Shown here in pieces: positions 39,201 through 46,674 of a stretch of 64,000 nt of DNA. The stretch's first letter is position 1. The number at the start of each line of letters is the position of its first letter. The DNA lies in the IMG/VR virus record IMGVR_UViG_3300027227_000004, one strand, 5' to 3'. Source of the stretch: an uncultured virus (IMG/VR IMGVR_UViG_3300027227_000004) (Duplodnaviria > Heunggongvirae > Uroviricota > Caudoviricetes). Both the position numbers and the translations under genes were made by a program. Below the pieces are notes generated by a model. The model was given only the letters and a program-made list of their open reading frames with translations, had not been told where the DNA came from and made no database searches.

Positions 39201-41090
39201 GATAGTAGTGCAACTCAAATTGCAAAGGCAACTTTAAATAATATACAGGCAGAGCTTGATGGTGCTATTGCTGCTAGAGGATTTTTGATACTAGAAACGG
39301 CGAGAATAGGTCGGAAAATTACGCAGCAACAAATTCAAGAAGAAAGACAGAAAGAAGAAGGGAAGGCACAAGTTAAAAGGCAGCAAGCCCTCTTAGAAAA
39401 TACTCGATCTCTTGCTGAAACGTTGTCTGGTAATAATGCTGATTTTGAAGCACTCTTTAATTTACCTGCTGAAATAAAATATGCCCTAGAAGACTCAGAT
39501 GTTAGAGCAAACAGCGGTCGTCCTCAAGATTTATTAAGGTTTAAAACAGAGGCTGACTACAGTAATGCTGGAGTCACTAATGATCTACTAGATCTGACTC
39601 GACAGTATACGCTTATTAATAATGCGTTTGTTGCTGGTAGAATCGATCTAAAGACTTTCAGAGAAGATCTAGAAGGTCTGGGGGATAAGTTGCCTACAGT
39701 AAAGATAAATTCTGCAGCAAAAGGCGCAGGAGAGTTATCTGCGGCGCTGCAAACTCTTACAGTGAATCTCATTAAACTAAGAGGTCTTAGTGAAGCACCT
39801 ATTGAGAACTATGACACTAAAGGCCGTGCTTTTGCATCTGGTGGTTATATTTCTGGTCCCGGTGGTCCTACAGAAGATAAGATCCCTGCTATGCTCTCTA
39901 ATGGGGAGTATGTTATCAGGGCCGCTTCTGTTAAGAAATTTGGGACTGGCTTCCTAGATAAGCTTAACAGAGGACGTATTGGTGCCTTTGCTAACGGTAC
40001 TGGTGGCGATCCTTTTGAACCCGTAGGTATGAGTTATTCTGGAACCATTACAAGGCCTAATACTAAACCTAATGTTGAGGCACTAAGAGAGCTTCAAACG
40101 GCCAACAAAGCATTAGACGCCCTTGACAAAAGCCTTAATGATAAACTGGCTCGTGCAGCAGAAGCGGGAAAACTTGATACTGCCGCAACACAAAATTACA
40201 TTAAAGAATGGCAGAGCAGGAAAGCACAAGAAGAAGCTAGAGCAGAATCTGCGTTAAAGTCAGCTCAAACTTCTACAGGATACCTTGGTGAAATCGCTAA
40301 AGGCAAAGGTAAAGGTAAAGGCGGAAAAGCTGATCCTTATAAACTTACTAAGGATGAAACTGAGTTTGCAAGAGGGCAGGCAATCGGTTTTGTAGATGAT
40401 CTAAAAGTAGGTTTTGCAGATGCTCTTAAGTCGGGCGATGTTGAAGAGTTCTTCAAAGGTATTCTTGATAGCTTCACTGGAAGAATCGTTGATACGTTTG
40501 CTGAAGGTCTTATTAATAACTTAATGTCAGGCCTCCTTGGGAAAGAGGGGGATGGCCCCCTTGGTAAACTCTTTGAAGGAGTCTTTAGTTTTGGTAAGCG
40601 TATTGGTGTAGACACTCAGAAGCAGGTGGCAGACGGATTAAATAGTTCTGCTGGTGAAGGTGCTTCAGGATTTAGCCAAGTTATTTCATCATTGTTTGGT
40701 AAAGATGGTCTTTTCTCTGGACTTTTCAAGTCTATCTTTGGTAAAGGAGGTTTCCTTTCCAGTATCTTTAGTCTCTTTGGTGGAGGAGCCTCTGTAGGTG
40801 CCTCTCATGCTGGTGGTGTAATCCAGAAGAGAATTTCTGGTGGCTTAATTAATCCTATGATTGGTCAGGCAGGCAAGGATAGTGTCCCTGTAATGCTAAC
40901 TCCCGGAGAGTACGTATTACCAAGTCAAAGATCCGCTGAGATCTTTAAGAATCAAAAGAATAGTTCACAACAAACTGTTGTTAACCTCAATGTTACTGGT
41001 GACATTAGCACTCAGACAAAGAAAGAAATCATGCGGATGATCCCTCAAATTGCGTCTGGTGTTAATACCGTAAACAGAGAGAGAACATAA
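36222..41090 (+). CDS. Tape measure protein
   Basis: QFGQGLASGTLRGEELNSVLEQAP N-terminal motif; C-terminal FASGG...LSNGEYV; 1622 aa. Confidence 0.95.
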   Translation: MTGIKIKVRSDSTQARADLGRLENSVKNIEASANRVSSAFKAITVGASVLYSVNKLSKAFINAGDSARELRSRIKLVTGEGEQLNIAMDRLSRIARNTRVPMDTTANTFNRFGLALKGTKVQAQDLYRVTELVNKTLTISGTSGASAQAALVQFGQGLASGTLRGEELNSVLEQAPRLAQAIADGMDLPLGKLREVAKDGKITTEQILQALLGQGYLIDQEFKLIEKTVKSVSYALNSQFTKALGKIDGTLGFSSRVIKTIENITDYLSRFNDEYSLTIAGIRLEAVILAGNLEKAFLGISDILLSAFNVDVSQVGRILKSKIEEITSLINIPTIELDPSKLLSKLNKELKAVKDSGVLGPNSKAPGFRDIVDDSSFVSAITNLQSIANKIQSILVSIAGFFDDLYMSVVGNTSWLDTFTNAGSVGDEAHLAKFKEVRDKIEGVIDTIITFFSKLKSGAIDKWEALKSSLSQAKPVEDLSNLLTSMNDSSKGLITNLTDLSELDFNFVPSLKGVSKELDKLKSSGFLNNFGLSFDEGVVRNLGDGIRKFVRDYFGYTALITEAPGLQYEEYTPGKIQIAFQTGLVKAFDNAVLIGVATFIGAFAYKFPEAFKGTLSLIGLGLGLAFIQAIPKLLPIGLILASITLLPNFLDEPEEQAKVKAAAKKITTFLKDSLIGDGEVGAGLLEVLLKTFESVGAGVAEAFGFNLTSSLNAVVGGLILGTAVNRKFVPNLVKILIGDNGDALSKGLQKAFRKGLAAVALSFTGEAIAEGLGFAGVGENIANAIGDTLESALLLSFGKLGNKAKGGLFAIDLAGNVIDAAGYGNDFTDAIGDGVNAAITAGFFTKNPWIALGAGLAVAITSGLSKMFGIELPTTIDDFLALWDRLKDPAVWQGIGDAINTAISSSLSAIDSGVKAVVDTVSRLKETVKLAFGISSAQTYDELTTKPIALTDQGLLNARELQVNKASDVISEKTKELEEAKARYDNFARKLGEDSSATQIAKATLNNIQAELDGAIAARGFLILETARIGRKITQQQIQEERQKEEGKAQVKRQQALLENTRSLAETLSGNNADFEALFNLPAEIKYALEDSDVRANSGRPQDLLRFKTEADYSNAGVTNDLLDLTRQYTLINNAFVAGRIDLKTFREDLEGLGDKLPTVKINSAAKGAGELSAALQTLTVNLIKLRGLSEAPIENYDTKGRAFASGGYISGPGGPTEDKIPAMLSNGEYVIRAASVKKFGTGFLDKLNRGRIGAFANGTGGDPFEPVGMSYSGTITRPNTKPNVEALRELQTANKALDALDKSLNDKLARAAEAGKLDTAATQNYIKEWQSRKAQEEARAESALKSAQTSTGYLGEIAKGKGKGKGGKADPYKLTKDETEFARGQAIGFVDDLKVGFADALKSGDVEEFFKGILDSFTGRIVDTFAEGLINNLMSGLLGKEGDGPLGKLFEGVFSFGKRIGVDTQKQVADGLNSSAGEGASGFSQVISSLFGKDGLFSGLFKSIFGKGGFLSSIFSLFGGGASVGASHAGGVIQKRISGGLINPMIGQAGKDSVPVMLTPGEYVLPSQRSAEIFKNQKNSSQQTVVNLNVTGDISTQTKKEIMRMIPQIASGVNTVNRERT

Positions 41091-41091
41091 C

Positions 41092-41394
41092 ATGAAGAAG
41101 TGGGGAAAGCTATTTGAACTTAAAAACGGTCAATTAGTTTGGAAGGTGTCCCGTGGCAGAACAGCTGCGGGGCAACTTGCTGGTACTAATCATGGTGATG
41201 GCTACAAGACTGTCAGAATTGATGGTAAGGCTCGCTATGTACATAGGATCGTTCAGGAAATGAAAACAGGAAAACCTGCTAATGGTTTTGTTGATCATAA
41301 AGATCGTAACAGATCTAATAATAAACCTAAGAACCTTCGAGAAACTTCTCGTTCTGAAAACAACAAGAACAGAAAGTCTTGGAAAAAGAAATAA
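41092..41394 (+). CDS. HNH endonuclease
   Basis: YVHRI...VDHKDRNRSNNKPKNLR. Confidence 0.88.
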   Translation: MKKWGKLFELKNGQLVWKVSRGRTAAGQLAGTNHGDGYKTVRIDGKARYVHRIVQEMKTGKPANGFVDHKDRNRSNNKPKNLRETSRSENNKNRKSWKKK

Positions 41395-41399
41395 CAATT

Positions 41400-41427
41400 G
41401 GTCATCCCTTTGGGGATGGCCTTTTTT
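41400..41427 (+). terminator. Intrinsic terminator ending the late region
   Basis: GGTCATCCC TTTG GGGATGGCC TTTTTT. Confidence 0.85.
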
Positions 41428-41472
41428 ATTAAATGAGTCTAGAATTAGACGGGCTTTGTGGCTATAAAAAAG

Positions 41473-41497
41473 TGAGAAAATTATAGCATCTATAATG
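41473..41497 (+). promoter_or_regulatory. Early-island promoter-like motif, copy 1
   Basis: TGAGAAAA-N5-GCATCTATAATG, repeated with the same spacing at 43624. Confidence 0.65.
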
Positions 41498-41540
41498 ATA
41501 CAATAAAGTATCACAGGCAAAAAGCTTAAAGGAAAATCCA

Positions 41541-41648
41541 ATGAGAGCAAAGCCAAAAAAGAAGAAAGCAAAAAGCAATCTTAACAGCTTTGCTTGGACT
41601 TTCTTTTCTGTAACAATGCTAATAGGAGTTATCACTCAGCTTGGGTGA
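41541..41648 (+). CDS. 35-aa basic membrane peptide (not in ORF track)
   Basis: AAGGA RBS; MRAKPKKKK...FAWTFFSVTMLIGVI. Confidence 0.5.
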   Translation: MRAKPKKKKAKSNLNSFAWTFFSVTMLIGVITQLG

Positions 41649-41674
41649 TAACCTTAATCACAAAGGGAAATAAA

Positions 41675-41752
41675 ATGGAACTGGAACTCGTAGTTTCAAT
41701 CGGCCTCGGTATGTTGTTGATTATTGCTATGTTTCAACGTCTGTCTAACTAA
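41675..41752 (+). CDS. 25-aa membrane peptide (not in ORF track)
   Basis: AAGGGA RBS; MELELVVSIGLGMLLIIAMFQRLSN. Confidence 0.5.
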   Translation: MELELVVSIGLGMLLIIAMFQRLSN

Positions 41753-41769
41753 CTTCCAAGGAGGATAAA

Positions 41770-41967
41770 ATGGAAGTATTTCTCATTGCAGTAGTAGCTG
41801 GTTGCCTGATGGGTGTTGTAGTAATGTGGTCTTCGCCTTGCTCAGATGGTTACAAGGTAGGGGCGAGAGCGATCTTGCATCCGAAAATTTTCCTGAACTC
41901 TACAGTGCCCGCTATGATTATTTGCTCTACGTTCGCAATCATAATTGGCATTCTAGGCTTCTTGTAA
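41770..41967 (+). CDS. Small membrane protein (2 TM)
   Basis: AGGAGG RBS. Confidence 0.7.
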   Translation: MEVFLIAVVAGCLMGVVVMWSSPCSDGYKVGARAILHPKIFLNSTVPAMIICSTFAIIIGILGFL

Positions 41968-41972
41968 TACTA

Positions 41973-42002
41973 ACAGGCTGGCATCCTGTATAAAAACTGC
42001 CA
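41973..42002 (+). promoter_or_regulatory. Compact H-type RNA pseudoknot motif, copy 2
   Basis: ACAGG-CTGGCAT-CCTGT-ATAAAAA-CTGCCA. Confidence 0.6.
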
Positions 42003-42041
42003 AAACAATTAAACGGGCTTTGTCATCTACAGGAGATAACT

Positions 42042-42368
42042 ATGACAAACACTGTGATTGCACGTCTGTTTCGTGGCTGCAAAACTTACCTTGAGGCCCA
42101 ATCTCTCGGTGAGGGGTATCAACACAAAGCTATTACTTTCTGGACTGATAGCCTTGAGAAAGCAGGCATGTATGGTAACTATGTAATTGAGTTTGAATTT
42201 GACGAGTTGCCTCCCCACTTTGACAAGCGGAAAAGTATCGCAGAAGGAAACGAGATTCATGGTAACATTCGTGAATGGAGAATTCCTTCCGAGTACTTTG
42301 AGAAGGATGGTGGAATGTACTGTTACGCTGAGTCTGCAAAGATTCATATAAAAGGTGTAGATTTCTAG
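42042..42368 (+). CDS. Hypothetical protein, possible ADP-ribosyltransferase-like fold
   Basis: AGGAG RBS; LFRG ... FWTDS...A..YG ... REW spacing resembles R-S-E ART motifs. Confidence 0.45.
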   Translation: MTNTVIARLFRGCKTYLEAQSLGEGYQHKAITFWTDSLEKAGMYGNYVIEFEFDELPPHFDKRKSIAEGNEIHGNIREWRIPSEYFEKDGGMYCYAESAKIHIKGVDF

Positions 42369-42431
42369 CATATTCGTAAATAGCCTCTACCTCTTAGGGA
42401 GTAGAGGTCAAATCCCTCAGAGGAGACTAGA

Positions 42432-42758
42432 ATGGAAGTTTTGACAATGATACTTGCTGGCTTTGTTGCTAGAGGTTTTCTTATAGCAGTATCAGAAAAG
42501 TTACTTGGGGTTAAGCTAATAAAAATACCCCCTCTACTTGGTGTAGTAGCTATTGCACACTATGTCGTATTTGCACCTGCTTATGCTGGGTTTTCTTTCG
42601 TAAACATGTTTACTGTATTCGGGTTATTTCTACCTGAAGTAATCCGCTCTCTAAACTTAATCTTCAAGGACAAGGAGACTAGCAATGTCCGTAATAACTC
42701 CCACAATTCTTTGTCTAGCGACCGCAGTGTTTTTCGAGGCACGAGCAGAACCTCTTGA
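42432..42758 (+). CDS. Membrane protein
   Basis: AGGAG RBS; about three hydrophobic segments. Confidence 0.65.
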   Translation: MEVLTMILAGFVARGFLIAVSEKLLGVKLIKIPPLLGVVAIAHYVVFAPAYAGFSFVNMFTVFGLFLPEVIRSLNLIFKDKETSNVRNNSHNSLSSDRSVFRGTSRTS

Positions 42759-43092
42759 TGGTCAAATGTTTGTAGCTGAGACTATTATGAATCGAGTAGA
42801 AGACTCTCGTTATCCAAATAATGTTTGTGATGTTGTGTACGAGAAAAAAGCCTTCTCCTTCACCCATGATGGTAAGAGTGATAATATGTTTAAATATGAT
42901 ACATATTATGATCAGGAGGCGCAAGCAATTGCTATTTCTATAGCGTATAAGGCTTACTATCGTGGTTCTCCAATTACTACAGCAACACACTACCATGCTG
43001 TAGGTGTAAAGCCTTTCTGGCGTAAGTATTACGATAAAGAAGGTCGTATCGGTAATCATGTGTTTTACACTAACAACACTCCTCATAAGTGA
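42685..43092 (+). CDS. Cell wall hydrolase, SleB/Hydrolase_2 family
   Basis: CLA.AVFFEAR.E...V...IMNRV...YPN.VC.VV ... ATHYH ... IGNHVFY. Confidence 0.92.
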   Translation: MSVITPTILCLATAVFFEARAEPLDGQMFVAETIMNRVEDSRYPNNVCDVVYEKKAFSFTHDGKSDNMFKYDTYYDQEAQAIAISIAYKAYYRGSPITTATHYHAVGVKPFWRKYYDKEGRIGNHVFYTNNTPHK

Positions 43093-43099
43093 GAAGATC

Positions 43100-43315
43100 A
43101 TGGAAAAAGTAAACTGGGAAGTAACCCGTAAATCGATGGTGTCAGGAATTACTCGAACAATGACGTTTAAAGTAAATCCTGAAGATGTAAAGAAGTACGC
43201 AGACGGAGGTTTGATTCAGAATGCTTTTCCATATCTCTCAGGAGATGATCGAGAATTTATCATGACAGGCATCACTGCTGAGGAATGGGATGAAACTTTT
43301 GGAGAAGAAGTATGA
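43100..43315 (+). CDS. Phage hypothetical protein
   Basis: LIQNAFPYLS.DDREFIMTGIT.EEW motif. Confidence 0.75.
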   Translation: MEKVNWEVTRKSMVSGITRTMTFKVNPEDVKKYADGGLIQNAFPYLSGDDREFIMTGITAEEWDETFGEEV

Positions 43316-43620
43316 GATATCTTGCTGACGTGCAAAAGAATTTATCCTGCAGCTGGATCTTTGATGACACTATCTTCGGAGAAGTGTTAGCAGAGTTTGA
43401 AGCAGTTGCAGAAAAGTGTGATTATGGGTACTCTCGTAGTCCGATATGGTGGGAGATAGACGAAGGCTCTATTAGTTTTGTTGGTATGAGTATCTACCAC
43501 GAAACTTGGGATTATAATGATCTTGTGGATCTATTCGGAAAATCGGTAGCAATTAATATCATTCAAAACATGATTGAACAGCTTCCTAATGATCTTGACT
43601 ACTGGACTGAAGACGAGTAA
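43312..43620 (+). CDS. Acidic hypothetical protein
   Basis: Coupled ORF, GGAG RBS. Confidence 0.65.
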   Translation: MRYLADVQKNLSCSWIFDDTIFGEVLAEFEAVAEKCDYGYSRSPIWWEIDEGSISFVGMSIYHETWDYNDLVDLFGKSVAINIIQNMIEQLPNDLDYWTEDE

Positions 43621-43623
43621 TTC

Positions 43624-43648
43624 TGAGAAAAACAACGCATCTATAATG
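43624..43648 (+). promoter_or_regulatory. Early-island promoter-like motif, copy 2
   Basis: TGAGAAAA-N5-GCATCTATAATG. Confidence 0.65.
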
Positions 43649-43668
43649 CTACCATGAAAGGACAGCGG

Positions 43669-43842
43669 ATGACTAAAATCAAACTTGAAGATTTGGCTTT
43701 CAGCAAACTTGTTCAGGCAATTGACAAGAAGTGGTCACACACTTACATTGATGTGCCTGACCAACCGGAACTAACTGACGAGATGCGAGACGAACTTGAT
43801 GAGATCGCTCGTGCTGAATGTGACTTCGATCCCCAATACTGA
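43669..43842 (+). CDS. Small acidic hypothetical protein
   Basis: AAGGA RBS. Confidence 0.6.
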   Translation: MTKIKLEDLAFSKLVQAIDKKWSHTYIDVPDQPELTDEMRDELDEIARAECDFDPQY

Positions 43843-43865
43843 AACGCATAAATAGGAGAACTGAC

Positions 43866-44258
43866 ATGCGTAATTCTTACTTCTTCGGCACTATGTTTAA
43901 CTGTGGCAACTACAACGACAACTTCCGCCGCAAAGTTGCCTTGCTTGCGGTAGAAACCGCTGATATTCCATTTGTTGCCGAAACAATTGGAGTGAGCAAG
44001 GGTTCAGTATATCGTTGGCTCAAGGCCTACGACTTGTTTAAACAGTATGCAGCTAAGAAACATAACTTAGCTCAATATCCGCAGGCCTCCTTTATTCGTA
44101 AATCGGAGTACGACAATAACTTCCGTCAAACAGTTGTTCAGTACGCCATGCGGACAAATACTATCAAGGCTGCTGACCGTTATGCAGTAAGTGTTGGTTC
44201 AGTTGATAACTGGATCAAAGCGTTTCAAGGTAATACAACTTACCTTAATCGTGGCTAA
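43866..44258 (+). CDS. Tandem helix-turn-helix DNA-binding protein
   Basis: Two repeats: YNDNFR..V...A..IGVS.GSVYRWLKAY and YDNNFR..V...A..YAVS.GSVDNWIKAF. Confidence 0.8.
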   Translation: MRNSYFFGTMFNCGNYNDNFRRKVALLAVETADIPFVAETIGVSKGSVYRWLKAYDLFKQYAAKKHNLAQYPQASFIRKSEYDNNFRQTVVQYAMRTNTIKAADRYAVSVGSVDNWIKAFQGNTTYLNRG

Positions 44259-44276
44259 TAGCTGACCTTAAAGAAC
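44256..44276 (+). promoter_or_regulatory. Phage RNAP promoter, +1 G44273
   Basis: TAATAGCTGACCTTAAA|GAAC. Confidence 0.85.
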
Positions 44277-44280
44277 AATT

Positions 44281-44346
44281 GCCCTTCGGGGCCGCTCCTC
44301 ATCCCCTTAGGGGGGTGGGGGGCTTTAAAAAAACTTTTTTTTTTTT
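44281..44346 (+). terminator. UUCG hairpin plus 13-bp G-U-rich hairpin and T-run
   Basis: GCCC-TTCG-GGGC; 44294-44306 pairs with 44311-44323; 12 T at 44335-44346. Confidence 0.75.
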
Positions 44347-44511
44347 CTTCAACAACACAGGAGCCTAATTGCTAACTGTAGTGCTAATCTATTTTATATA
44401 TTACACGGTTAAAGAGCTGCTAAAGGATTAGTGCTGAATTTACTAACAAAGTTTCAAAAGTATAGGGTACTAACTATGTACAATGCCTATAGAAAGTAAA
44501 GAAAGTTAAAA

Positions 44512-46674
44512 ATGACAGTACTAGACAAGCTAGTAGAAGACTTGACATACCGTATAAATACTCTTGATAATCGCAATCGGGCAAGTTATATTAAGGCTAT
44601 GCCAGCCAAAGATATTATTGAGTTTTCGTACACTCATGTACTAAAAGGATTAGAAAGGAAAGCATCACTAGTAGAGGTATCAACAAGTATTGGTCGTCGG
44701 TTACGACAGAAAATGAGACTTGAACAAGACAGTATTCTTGAGGCTCAGGGTGGATGGTTCGTTTTAATCTCTTATATCGAAGTAGGTATACTCGGCTATA
44801 AGAAGAAACACATGTATAAGAACGGTAAGAAAGACAAACACAGATCTTACAGTTTGTTTGCATCAGACTGGAAAGCTATTAAGGAGCTAATGGATCTTGT
44901 TGACAATGAAAAGTGTGACATGTTTCCAGTCAACACTCCACCAAAATCGTGGGACGGATCTGCTTATCATCAAACCACAGGTATTAGTGTAATTAAGAAA
45001 GGCCACTCATTAGCCTTAAATTACTTTGAAGCTAATGATATGAGTTATATTCTCAAAGTTCTAAACAAGCTAACTTCAACAGCTTGGCGTATTAACGAGC
45101 CTGTGTTTAATGTGTTCAAACAATGTTTACGGTCAAAAGAGAACCCTTTCAAGTTTACGAAGGAAATTGATCCAATTAAACGGGCTTCGTTGATTATTGA
45201 AGTTGAAGCAATTGAAAGACTAGCGGAGAAGAATCTCGGGCTACCGTTCTATCACCTCTACAACTTGGATTTCCGTGGTCGAATCTACCCTAACACAGCC
45301 TTTTTGCACGAGCAGTCAAGCGACAATGCTAAGGGATTGCTCTTACTCGATGAGCCTGTTAGGCTTGGAGAAACTGGCCTCTACTGGTTATCCGTTCATA
45401 CTGCAAACTCGTGGGGTAATGACAAGGTTTCTCTTGACGACCGTGCTCAATGGGTTCAAGATAACTTAGACGACATCCTGATTTATGCAAGCGATCCTAT
45501 GCGTTATACAGGCTGGATGAGTGCGGATAAACCGTTTACTTTCCTTGCCTGTTGTATGGAATTTTCTATGCTCTCTCACTGGCATGGTCAGGGTATGGAA
45601 ACAGAAGACTTCCCTAGTTGTTTGCCAGTTTACATCGACGGTTCTAACAATGGTGTTCAGCACCTAGTTGCTATGTCTCAAGATGAAGAGGTAGCTCCTC
45701 TTGTTAACCTAGTTCCACAAGAACTTCCCGGTGATGTTTACATGTTCATTGCTAACAAAGTCTGGAGAAGACTTCGAAGTATGCAAGACAAGTTACCTAA
45801 CGGGCTTGTTGAAAGCTTTGACACGGTATTTGACGAGGCTAGACGGCTTCAACGAGAGTATGATGCAGCTTCTGACAAGTCAGAACGCAAGACAATTGCC
45901 TTTCGAGAGGCTCAATCTTGGCGTAATGAGAATCGCAATCTTAGAGAGAAACTCTTTCCTGTATACTGGAATCGAATCACTGACAAGAAAATTCGACGAA
46001 AGACAGTTAAGCGTAACGTTATGACTCTTGGTTACGGTGGCACGGCTTATGGTATGGGTCAACAAGTTATTGAGGATACACGAGAACTCTCTGAATATCT
46101 TCGAGATAAAGAACACTTGTGGGGAGCTATGCTGGGCACTTTAGTATACAAGACTTGTTACGAAGAACTTAAAGGACCAGCTACTTTACTGAGCATGTTC
46201 CAAAAGTTAGCTGAACGGGCTAATGACGACAAGCTTCATTTAAAATGGCAATCCCCAATCACTAACTTCCCCGTAGTACAAGCTTACCTAAAGCCAATTA
46301 CAAAGCGAACAGAGCTTAAATACGGCGATGACATTTTAAAAGTCAATATCCAAGTGTGGGAAGAAGCTGTAATTAATGAGTCTAAACAGCGAACTGGTGC
46401 AGCACCTAACATTGTTCATAGCTTAGATGCTGTTCATTTGACAAGTGTTGTTCACGATTCTAATTATCTTGTTACTGTTGTTCACGACTCTTTTGGTTGT
46501 CATGCAGGTAACATGGAAGATATGTTTATGCTTGTTCGTGAGAAGTTTGTTGAGCTTTATGAGGCTCAACCGCTTGAGAACATTTTAACACAACTTAACT
46601 CAAAAGATCTTATCCTAGAGAAAGGTACACTAGATGTCCGACAAGTCTTATACTCCGATTTTGCATTCGCTTAA
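44512..46674 (+). CDS. T7-type single-subunit DNA-dependent RNA polymerase
   Basis: DFRGRIY, DGSNNGVQH (A), RKTVKRNVMTLGYG (B), PNIVHSLDA, VHDSFG (C). Confidence 0.97.
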   Translation: MTVLDKLVEDLTYRINTLDNRNRASYIKAMPAKDIIEFSYTHVLKGLERKASLVEVSTSIGRRLRQKMRLEQDSILEAQGGWFVLISYIEVGILGYKKKHMYKNGKKDKHRSYSLFASDWKAIKELMDLVDNEKCDMFPVNTPPKSWDGSAYHQTTGISVIKKGHSLALNYFEANDMSYILKVLNKLTSTAWRINEPVFNVFKQCLRSKENPFKFTKEIDPIKRASLIIEVEAIERLAEKNLGLPFYHLYNLDFRGRIYPNTAFLHEQSSDNAKGLLLLDEPVRLGETGLYWLSVHTANSWGNDKVSLDDRAQWVQDNLDDILIYASDPMRYTGWMSADKPFTFLACCMEFSMLSHWHGQGMETEDFPSCLPVYIDGSNNGVQHLVAMSQDEEVAPLVNLVPQELPGDVYMFIANKVWRRLRSMQDKLPNGLVESFDTVFDEARRLQREYDAASDKSERKTIAFREAQSWRNENRNLREKLFPVYWNRITDKKIRRKTVKRNVMTLGYGGTAYGMGQQVIEDTRELSEYLRDKEHLWGAMLGTLVYKTCYEELKGPATLLSMFQKLAERANDDKLHLKWQSPITNFPVVQAYLKPITKRTELKYGDDILKVNIQVWEEAVINESKQRTGAAPNIVHSLDAVHLTSVVHDSNYLVTVVHDSFGCHAGNMEDMFMLVREKFVELYEAQPLENILTQLNSKDLILEKGTLDVRQVLYSDFAFA

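Noticed and set aside
36098..40615. Minus-strand ORFs opposite the TMP (and similar ones opposite MCP, fibres and helicase)
   Set aside because: Shadows of biased + strand coding, with no recognisable motifs
43866..44258. IS3-family transposase OrfA
   Set aside because: No DDE OrfB or terminal inverted repeats; treated as a stand-alone tandem HTH
44484..44495. TGCCTATAGAAA upstream of the RNAP gene as a further promoter
   Set aside because: Only a short partial resemblance to the early motif; too little to call
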